DNA of 4,423 nucleotides from a virus (lineage: Duplodnaviria; Heunggongvirae; Uroviricota; Caudoviricetes), in IMG/VR virus record IMGVR_UViG_2531839239_000021; one strand, given 5' to 3'. Position numbers and translations under genes: made by a program. The notes under the pieces were generated by a model. That model saw only the letters and a program-made list of their open reading frames with translations, had not been told where the DNA came from and searched no databases. Of this stretch, positions 1-4,423 are shown in pieces (within the stretch, counting starts at the first letter, position 1; each line of letters opens with the position of its first letter).

Positions 1-451
1 CGTTGTCGTAGCTGTCATGCAACACGCTCATGACATCAGACACGGTGACGATAATCACGCTGCGCCCCTTCGCCATCAGCCGGTTACCCATCGCCGCTGC
101 AAGGTGATTTTTCCCGGTGCCGGTTTTACCGCTGAACACAAAATTCGTGCACCCGGTCATCAGTTCGTCAGCTATGGATTTGGCCTGGCTCAGCGCGTAT
201 TTTTGCCCGTCGTTCTGCACCTGATAATTCGCAAACGAGCATTTGCTGTGCAGAGGCTGGATGCCCGAACGATTCAGGATTTTTTCCACCCGCAACTGGT
301 GATTCTGGCGGTTAATCTCCTCGCTGCGTTTTCGTCCTTCAGCAAGTTGCCATTCCCGCCACTCCTCCACCGTCCGGTACGGTGGAACCGACGCCTGTGG
401 TGCAAGTCTGCGAATACGTTCAAGAACCCCGGCTGCCGCAATGTTTTTCAT
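1..451 (-). CDS. DnaC-family replicative helicase loader (phage replication protein, functional analogue of lambda P); N-terminal 150 aa only, 3' end runs off the left edge of the window
   Basis: Minus-strand ATG at 451..449 preceded by AGGGGGTGA (SD-like). Translation MKNIAAAGVLERIRRLAPQ...NFVFSGKTGTGKNHLAAAMGNRLMAKGRSVIIVTVSDVMSVLHDSYDN has a Walker A P-loop GKTGTGKNHLAAA (about nt 110..130) and is collinear with my recollection of E. coli DnaC (FIFSGKPGTGKNHLAAAI...GKSVLIITVADIMSAMKDTF). Not in the ORF track because it has no stop inside the window. The plus-strand ORF 17..886 is its antisense shadow. Confidence 0.85.
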   Translation of the reverse strand, partial: MKNIAAAGVLERIRRLAPQASVPPYRTVEEWREWQLAEGRKRSEEINRQNHQLRVEKILNRSGIQPLHSKCSFANYQVQNDGQKYALSQAKSIADELMTGCTNFVFSGKTGTGKNHLAAAMGNRLMAKGRSVIIVTVSDVMSVLHDSYDN

Positions 452-457
452 GCCACA

Positions 458-1549
458 TCACCCCCTGAATCCCGGCGGAATTTCGGTATCCGGTTCAGAA
501 ATATGATTCACACAACGCTGGTTGTTCGTGCCGCTTACCGGGAGCAACCAGGGGTTTTCAAAATTCCGGTCCGGCCCAAAAAACGTCGTCGCTCGCTGAA
601 CAAATTCCGTTCCCGCTTTCCCGGTCGCCGCCAGGTATCTCGCGTAACGCCTCACACCATCCAGCATGGTCTCTGGTGGCACCCCCTCGCGCAATCTGGC
701 CTTCCAGGCACTGAAAGCGGATTTCTTCGGGTTTGCCCCAGCACGCAACGGGTATTCCCGCCAGACCTGTTCGAACACATCCGGATAATCCACTCGTCCC
801 ACAGACTGCCCGGTGCTTTCCGGGACTACCCGATCGGCTTCCCGCTGAATGGCGGAATCGGCTTCAGGCTGCTGCAGTTGGTGTGATTGCTCCGACCCTG
901 CGGTCATCACCTGCTGCACAGCGCCCGAATCGGCTTCCGGTGTCGTGCCTGCTGGCTGACCAGGATTGACGGTCTGAACATCCCCTGCCTGGTTCGTGGT
1001 GTTTTTTTTGCCATGAACCATAGTGTTTTTGTCCTGTTCCTGTTCTTTCTCCTGCTCCTGTTCCTGTTCTTGGCTTCGAAGCCCCTTAAAAGCCCCTTCG
1101 AAGCCCCTTACCGAATTTCGGCTATTATTCCGCCTCACATCCAGATGGAAATCCGTTTTATATCTGTCGTAAAACACTGACAGAAAAGCGTTTTCAGGTA
1201 ATGATGCATACTCATTCCTGACACCTGCACAACGGTTATCGCCAGGCTTCAACGTTTCCCCAACCTGCCAGGCTGCCATTTCATGGACCCAGACCATCTC
1301 TGCATCATGGTCATAGCTACAAAAACCAGCTTCAACAGCCCTTTTAAGCCCCTTTGAAGCCCCTTCCAGACCAAGCCCGGTTTCATGAGCAAGGTATAAA
1401 ACTGGCAGGTAATACAAACCCAGCATATTTGCGTGAGGGGATGTCATCAGGTAAAAAGCAACAACTTGCGCTTCTGCACCCGCCTTTCTAAGTTCTCTCC
1501 CCGTTTCTCCCAGCCAGAATCGCGGAGAAACTTTTGCGTAATCACGCAT
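458..1549 (-). CDS. Phage replication initiator / replisome organizer (lambda O-like role), about 363 aa; alternative upstream ATG at 1660 would give 400 aa
   Basis: Long minus-strand ORF 458..1660. I prefer ATG 1549 (MRDYAKVSPRFW...) because it is preceded by GATGAGGTAGCC (GAGG, 5-nt spacer), whereas ATG 1660 has no SD. Stop TGA (460..458) lies inside the SD of the downstream DnaC-like gene, implying coupling. It sits immediately upstream of a helicase-loader gene and contains internal DNA repeats like the origin inside lambda O. The C-terminal region (AFSAWKARL...GVRRYARYLAATGKAGTEFVQRATTFFGPDRNF) resembles phage replication-initiator C-terminal domains as I recall them; exact family not verified. 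Confidence 0.8.
   Translation of the reverse strand: MRDYAKVSPRFWLGETGRELRKAGAEAQVVAFYLMTSPHANMLGLYYLPVLYLAHETGLGLEGASKGLKRAVEAGFCSYDHDAEMVWVHEMAAWQVGETLKPGDNRCAGVRNEYASLPENAFLSVFYDRYKTDFHLDVRRNNSRNSVRGFEGAFKGLRSQEQEQEQEKEQEQDKNTMVHGKKNTTNQAGDVQTVNPGQPAGTTPEADSGAVQQVMTAGSEQSHQLQQPEADSAIQREADRVVPESTGQSVGRVDYPDVFEQVWREYPLRAGANPKKSAFSAWKARLREGVPPETMLDGVRRYARYLAATGKAGTEFVQRATTFFGPDRNFENPWLLPVSGTNNQRCVNHISEPDTEIPPGFRG
1033..1068. repeat. Tandem hexamer repeat (CCTGTT-like x6) inside the replication initiator gene, encoding an EQ-rich linker (QEQEQEQEKEQEQ)
   Basis: Plus strand 1033..1068 = CCTGTT CCTGTT CTTTCT CCTGCT CCTGTT CCTGTT. Units are multiples of 3, so the minus-strand reading gives an alternating Glu/Gln low-complexity segment. 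Confidence 0.85.
1076..1110. repeat. Candidate iteron cluster B: three tandem copies of AAGCCCCTT (minus strand AAGGGGCTT), period 11-12 bp
   Basis: Exact AAGCCCCTT at 1078..1086, 1090..1098 and 1101..1109. The 11-12 bp period is not a multiple of 3, so successive copies are read in different frames; conservation is therefore at the DNA level. Confidence 0.6.
1336..1365. repeat. Candidate iteron cluster A: two exact and one degenerate copy of AAGCCCCTT, period 11 bp
   Basis: CAGCCCTTT at 1336..1344 (degenerate), AAGCCCCTT at 1346..1354 and 1357..1365. Same 9-mer as cluster B, about 250 bp away, both inside the replication initiator gene. Confidence 0.6.
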
Positions 1550-1766
1550 GGCTACCTCATCTGGTGCCGAACCTTCCTCCGGATATAATCTGTGGTTCCC
1601 AATCGACAGAACCAGAGGAGGTTCGACATGTATTTTTTGAAAAGCCTTTATCAGGCTCATGTATTAAATGTTGCAGCAACAAACCGCTGGTGTAACAGCC
1701 CCGAAATGCTCCCGGATTACAGAGCCTGGCTGCGCGCCGAAACATACCTTCGTCTCGACATATTGA

Positions 1767-2276
1767 TTAGCGAACTTCAAAAAGAGACTGCATCCATTCA
1801 TAACCTTCAGGGTATCGACGCTGTTCGCATTCTGGTATCGCGCCATAGTGCTCTCTCAATAATTGAAGTGCGTCATCTCTCTTTTTCTGAACTGATTTTC
1901 TTGCTTCAACCAGCTCTGGAATCAGCGAATATCCCGCCGGAAGTGATCCAATACCCACCTCATGTTGACGAGCAGTTACAAGATGTGCCATACAACCAGC
2001 GTGCTGGATTGACTCCCTGCTCAGAGGCTGAATGGGATCACTCTCTGCTGAAGAAATACCAAGATTTGTATAATCCTCAATAAGCCCGGCACACGCTTCT
2101 GCATCAGCCAGCTTTATTCTGGTTTCCTTGCGCTGTTCTCTGGCTGACAAACGCCAGAGCAGCGCATTAGCTTTATGTATCAACCACTCTGCCAGCTCCA
2201 CATCAGATAAACCGCCACGCCAGATGTGCGGACTGTTTTCGTAAACGCTCAGTGTCAATTTTTTGTCATTACTCAT
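1767..2276 (-). CDS. Hypothetical protein, 169 aa, between the YdaT-like gene and the replication initiator
   Basis: Minus-strand ATG at 2276 (MSNDKKLTLSVYENSPHIWRGG...), 13 nt after the YdaT-like stop, with a weak GGGT upstream; the track's GTG at 2327 would overlap the YdaT-like gene by 38 nt. Co-directional with the flanking operon. In the first 60 codons about 64% of first codon positions are purines (33% G), which is gene-like. No family recognised. It competes with antisense plus-strand ORF 1592/1628..2083, so confidence is moderate. Confidence 0.55.
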   Translation of the reverse strand: MSNDKKLTLSVYENSPHIWRGGLSDVELAEWLIHKANALLWRLSAREQRKETRIKLADAEACAGLIEDYTNLGISSAESDPIQPLSRESIQHAGCMAHLVTARQHEVGIGSLPAGYSLIPELVEARKSVQKKRDDALQLLREHYGAIPECEQRRYPEGYEWMQSLFEVR

Positions 2277-2289
2277 ATTTATTACCCAA

Positions 2290-2715
2290 TTAATGCACAG
2301 CCAGAGTGTTTCCTGCCGGGCCACCACGATTCATCTGATCGAACAGAACGATCGCTGATGCAACGAAATCATCAATATCTTTCACCAGCCGTTCCTTCGT
2401 CTCTACCAACTCCCGAAAATAAGCGGAACTGTGGCTGCGCATTCGGGCCACCAGCGGAGGCGGCATCGCTTTTTCGATCGCTGGTAACAACGCCTGAATT
2501 TTTTTAACCGCATCAGGAGTGTCTTTCTCCACCCAGCGGAAAATTTTCTGAGTATTGCGAGCCATGGCTTCCGGATGGCTGTCGTCATACAGTTCCGGGA
2601 ACGTCATTCCCAGCTCGAAATACGCTTTGGTAATTTTCGCAGCCGGTACTTTTTCGCCGTCCGGATGCGCCCAGACATTCATCGCCATGCGGATGTGTTC
2701 ATGCTTGATTTTCAT
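2290..2715 (-). CDS. ydaT: YdaT-like protein (Rac-prophage YdaT family; reported as the CII-equivalent of Rac-type switches), 141 aa
   Basis: Minus-strand ORF MKIKHEHIRMAMNVWAHPDGEKV...NTLAVH. The start ATG shares the 4-nt ATGA overlap with the stop of the upstream YdaS-like gene (2715..2712). The N-terminal MKIKHEHI and the position directly after a ydaS-like gene match my recollection of Rac YdaT; family call from memory, not a search. Confidence 0.65.
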   Translation of the reverse strand: MKIKHEHIRMAMNVWAHPDGEKVPAAKITKAYFELGMTFPELYDDSHPEAMARNTQKIFRWVEKDTPDAVKKIQALLPAIEKAMPPPLVARMRSHSSAYFRELVETKERLVKDIDDFVASAIVLFDQMNRGGPAGNTLAVH

Positions 2716-3014
2716 GAATCAACTCCATCAGATAAGCATGCACTACAATCACCTTCAGCATGAACTACATGTGTTTGCCCCAAACGAATGCCGCTCGCAT
2801 ACTCAGGCCAAATAAGCTCCCAATCATGGGGTCGTAGCTCCGCCCTACTTACTTGGCCTTCCGTCGCAGATTCGATCATAAGGGCGCGGGTTGGAGATAT
2901 AGCTGTTCGTCCAGACGCCATTTGCGATAAGTAAGATGGCGATACACCAAGTCTGGCCGCGAATTTCTTAGCATCACCAACCCTTAATGATTTAATAAAC
3001 TCTTTTAATGTCAT
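2712..3014 (-). CDS. ydaS: Cro-like HTH regulator of the YdaS family, 100 aa
   Basis: Minus-strand ATG at 3014 preceded by CGAGGAAGGT (SD). Translation MTLKEFIKSLRVGDAKKFAARLGVSPSYLSQMASGRTAISPTRALMIESATEGQVSRAELRPHDWELIW... aligns with my recollection of E. coli Rac YdaS (LGVSPPSVNQW...AIERATRGEVLCEELRP). Transcribed divergently from the repressor-like gene, as for cro. Confidence 0.8.
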   Translation of the reverse strand: MTLKEFIKSLRVGDAKKFAARLGVSPSYLSQMASGRTAISPTRALMIESATEGQVSRAELRPHDWELIWPEYASGIRLGQTHVVHAEGDCSACLSDGVDS

Positions 3015-3042
3015 ACCTTCCTCGGTTTAGTGTTTTTTTGCG

Positions 3043-3072
3043 AGTTTAGTGTTTAATAAACCATTAAGTCAA
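3043..3072 (-). promoter_or_regulatory. PR-like leftward promoter for the ydaS-like operon, with an embedded 11-bp palindromic operator
   Basis: Minus-strand -35 TTGACT (plus coordinates 3072..3067), 18-nt spacer, -10 TAAACT (3048..3043). The perfect odd palindrome GTTTAATAAAC (3051..3061) lies in the spacer. Predicted transcript start is about 22 nt upstream of ATG 3014. Confidence 0.55.
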
Positions 3073-3076
3073 GTAT

Positions 3077-3105
3077 TTGCTTGTTTAGTGATTACTAAAG
3101 ATAAT
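3077..3105 (+). promoter_or_regulatory. PRM-like rightward promoter for the repressor-antitoxin-toxin operon; predicts a leaderless mRNA
   Basis: -35 TTGCTT (3077..3082), 17-nt spacer, -10 GATAAT (3100..3105). The spacer holds the near-palindrome TTTAGT-GATT-ACTAAA (3084..3099). The -10 ends 6 nt before ATG 3112, and there is no SD upstream of that ATG. Confidence 0.5.
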
Positions 3106-3111
3106 TACCAC

Positions 3112-3483
3112 ATGCAAAAAAAAGAAATTCGCCGTTTACGTCTCAAGGAGTGGTTTAAAGATAAAACTCTGCCACCCAAAGAGAAGAGCTACCTATCTCA
3201 ACTAATGAGTGGGAGAGCCTCGTTTGGAGAAAAGGCTGCCAGAAGAATAGAGCAAACATACGGGATGCCGGAAGGGTATCTGGATGCGGAATACGCAGAA
3301 CAACCGGGGGGTTCTCCACCACATGCAGGGTTAACGTCTAATCAACTGGAATTATTGCAGATTTTTTCAGCCTTCCCTGAGGATGAGCAACGCCAGATAA
3401 TCAGCGAGTTAAAGCAGAAAAAAGAATCAATGGAAGATCTCATAGCGAGATGGATTGCGGCGCAAAAATGCCGCCGCGCCTGA
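3112..3483 (+). CDS. paaR: HTH transcriptional regulator in the CI-repressor position; first gene of a three-component TA operon (PaaR-like), 123 aa; the track's GTG at 3049 is a possible but less likely start
   Basis: ORF MQKKEIRRLRLKEWFKDKTLPPKEKSYLSQLMSGRASFGEKAARRIEQTYGMPEGYLDAEYAE... Divergent from the cro-like gene and followed within 20 nt by the antitoxin and ParE genes. Contains the motif SYLSQLMSGR, which is also present in the YdaS-like protein. The paaR name is my recollection of the E. coli O157:H7 paaR-paaA-parE systems and is not verified. Confidence 0.7.
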   Translation: MQKKEIRRLRLKEWFKDKTLPPKEKSYLSQLMSGRASFGEKAARRIEQTYGMPEGYLDAEYAEQPGGSPPHAGLTSNQLELLQIFSAFPEDEQRQIISELKQKKESMEDLIARWIAAQKCRRA

Positions 3484-3503
3484 GTTATAAAACCGGAGGA
3501 AAC

Positions 3504-3695
3504 ATGAATAGAGCCCTTTCACCAATGGTTTCTGAATTTGAAACCATTGAACAAGAAAACAGTTACAACGAATGGCTGCGTGCGAAAGTAGCAACGAGCC
3601 TTGCAGATCCGCGCCCAGCAATTCCCCATGACGAAGTTGAGCGCAGAATGGCAGAACGCTTTGCTAAGATGCGCAAGGAACGGAGCAAGCAGTAA
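3504..3695 (+). CDS. paaA: Small antitoxin of a ParE-type toxin-antitoxin pair (PaaA-like), 63 aa
   Basis: ATG 3504 preceded by GGAGGA (3495..3500). Translation MNRALSPMVSEFETIEQENSYNEWLRAKVATSLADPRPAIPHDEVERRMAERFAKMRKERSKQ. The TAA stop (3693..3695) is 1 nt before the toxin ATG. Size, charge pattern and position immediately upstream of a ParE-family gene fit an antitoxin. The track ORF 3450..3695 includes an unlikely N-terminal extension. Confidence 0.8.
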   Translation: MNRALSPMVSEFETIEQENSYNEWLRAKVATSLADPRPAIPHDEVERRMAERFAKMRKERSKQ

Positions 3696-3696
3696 A

Positions 3697-3975
3697 ATGT
3701 TACCCGTGTTATGGCTTGAAAGCGCAGATACCGACCTAGATGATATAACTAGTTATATTGCTCGTTTCGACATAGATGCGGCTGAACGCTTATGGCAGCG
3801 ATTAAGGGGTTGTGTGCTGCCGTTATCCGAACATCCGTATTTATACCCACCAAGCGACAGAGTACCTGGCTTGCGTGAGATTGTAGCCCACCCTAACTAT
3901 ATAATTCTATACCGCGTAACAACATCAAGCGTTGAAGTAGTAAACGTGATCCACGCAAGACGCCAGTTTCCCTAA
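3697..3975 (+). CDS. parE: ParE/RelE-superfamily toxin (ParE-like), 92 aa
   Basis: ATG 3697. Translation MLPVLWLESADTDLDDITSYIARFDIDAAERLWQRLRGCVLPLSEHPYLYPPSDRVPGLREIVAHPNYIILYRVTTSSVEVVNVIHARRQFP has the ParE/RelE hallmarks (W..A..DL..I..YI, GLREI, YRV, V.NVIHARR). The track ORF 3601..3975 begins at an upstream ATG inside the antitoxin gene and is not the likely start. Confidence 0.88.
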   Translation: MLPVLWLESADTDLDDITSYIARFDIDAAERLWQRLRGCVLPLSEHPYLYPPSDRVPGLREIVAHPNYIILYRVTTSSVEVVNVIHARRQFP

Positions 3976-3993
3976 CTTTCACTACCAATAGAA

Positions 3994-4039
3994 ACATAAC
4001 AACCGCAACGACTTTATCAAAAGCGTTGTGTTTGTTATG
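3994..4039 (+). terminator. Imperfect 16-bp inverted repeat downstream of the toxin gene; candidate weak terminator or protein-binding site
   Basis: CATAACAACCGCAACG (3994..4009) and CGTTGTGTTTGTTATG (4024..4039) are reverse complements apart from two positions (one a G-U wobble in RNA), with a 14-nt loop. The stem is A/T-rich and no clean U-tract follows, so terminator function is uncertain. Confidence 0.3.
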
Positions 4040-4056
4040 TCCCGCGGTTTAGTTTT

Positions 4057-4096
4057 TACTTGACTTAAGTTTAATGTTTATTAAACTAAAAATACC
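4057..4096 (+). promoter_or_regulatory. PL-like rightward promoter/operator unit, an inverted copy of the PR-like unit at 3041..3075
   Basis: -35 TTGACT (4060..4065), 16-nt spacer, -10 TAAACT (4082..4087). Palindrome GTTTATTAAAC (4076..4086) overlaps the -10. The 12-mer TACTTGACTTAA (4057..4068) is identical to the minus-strand sequence at 3064..3075; GTTTAGT at 4047..4053 and ACTAAA at 4085..4090 echo the half-sites of the 3024..3099 region. Confidence 0.5.
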
Positions 4097-4423
4097 AACC
4101 CACCCCGCCCCACAGAACGCAGGGAAATACTTCGAGTTACCCGGCAGTGGTCAGGGGTTAAGTAGCCAGCCCGAGGCGTATGAACATGACGGCAGGGTTC
4201 AACTTTAATAACTATGCAGCAGTTTTTTGTTCCGCTACCCCGGCGTTAAGGGGAAACAGAGGGTTTCTCAGTGGGCGAAGTCAAACATCAGAATGGAAGG
4301 CATCCCGGGATCGGCAAAGAAGCAGCAATGGCGCTTTATATTGACATCAGCGCCATTGCAGGACAGGTAAGAGTTATCAGAGCGGTAACTAAGCGGTATG
4401 CGCCTTTACTTCAGAAAGTCTCT

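Noticed and set aside
17-886. 289-aa plus-strand ORF
   Set aside because: It is antisense to the DnaC-like gene and the 3' part of the initiator gene, both of which have clear family signatures and RBS or coupling signals. The translation is Arg/Pro/His-rich with no recognisable motif, typical of a shadow ORF.
1033-1110. Possibility that the short tandem repeats are a CRISPR array
   Set aside because: Repeat units are 6-12 bp with no spacers of 25-40 bp, and they lie inside a coding sequence; they fit iterons or a microsatellite, not CRISPR.
733-1180. Plus-strand ORFs 733..969 (78 aa) and 887..1180 (97 aa)
   Set aside because: Both lie antisense within the initiator gene. The second is largely the reverse reading of the hexamer-repeat tract (FLFFLLLLFLFL), a low-complexity artefact.
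1670-1680. 11-bp palindrome GTTGCAGCAAC
   Set aside because: Palindromes with 5-bp arms are expected several times by chance in 4.4 kb, and this one has no second copy or promoter context, unlike the GTTTAATAAAC operator candidates.
1557-1846. Minus-strand ORFs 1557..1745 (62 aa) and 1664..1846 (60 aa)
   Set aside because: Short, Cys/Arg-rich, no RBS, and overlapping either the 169-aa gene or the gap region in an alternative frame; most likely chance ORFs. The gap itself is flagged separately.
1592-2083. 163-aa plus-strand ORF (GTG 1592, or ATG 1628 with AGGAGG)
   Set aside because: Not called as a CDS because it runs antisense through the co-directional 169-aa gene, whose first codon positions are purine-rich in its non-overlapping part; in the overlap the plus-strand frame has pyrimidine-rich first positions. 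It is kept as a finding because of the strong SD.
2226-2815. ORFs 2226..2507 (+), 2403..2588 (-), 2555..2815 (+) and 2575..2763 (+)
   Set aside because: All overlap the YdaT-like or YdaS-like genes in antisense or alternative frames; translations are compositionally odd and lack start signals.
3049-3111. GTG 3049 as start of the regulator (144-aa version)
   Set aside because: This segment holds the promoter and operator elements (palindromes, -35/-10 boxes) and has no SD; the -10 GATAAT ending 6 nt before ATG 3112 fits a leaderless start. Not excluded.
3450-3503. N-terminal extension of the antitoxin ORF (track start 3450)
   Set aside because: The extension overlaps the regulator gene; the internal ATG 3504 has a GGAGGA SD at the correct spacing and gives the 63-aa size expected for this antitoxin type.
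3427-3621. 64-aa minus-strand ORF
   Set aside because: Antisense to the end of the regulator gene and the antitoxin gene, which have a strong RBS and tight operon spacing.
3601-3696. N-terminal extension of the ParE ORF (track start 3601)
   Set aside because: The extension lies inside the antitoxin gene; ATG 3697 is 1 nt after the antitoxin stop and gives a 92-aa toxin of typical ParE length.

Overview
This window reads as the immunity and early-replication core of a lambdoid, Rac-like prophage from an enterobacterium; all protein family assignments are from reading the translations and recalled family motifs, not from any search. A leftward (minus-strand) operon runs Cro-like YdaS-family regulator (3014..2712), YdaT-like protein (2715..2290), a 169-aa unknown protein (2276..1767), a replication initiator (1549..458) and a DnaC-type helicase loader (451..<1, truncated by the window edge). 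The initiator gene carries two clusters of an 11-12 bp repeat plus a hexamer repeat and a T-rich tract, which I interpret as an internal origin of replication. A rightward (plus-strand) operon encodes an HTH regulator in the CI-repressor position (3112..3483), a 63-aa antitoxin (3504..3695) and a 92-aa ParE/RelE-family toxin (3697..3975). This three-gene regulator-antitoxin-toxin cassette sits where phage lambda carries cI-rexA-rexB, and is the most interesting thing here. It is flanked by two inverted copies of the same promoter/operator unit (about 3041..3075 and 4057..4096). No rRNA, tRNA, CRISPR array or insertion sequence is evident.
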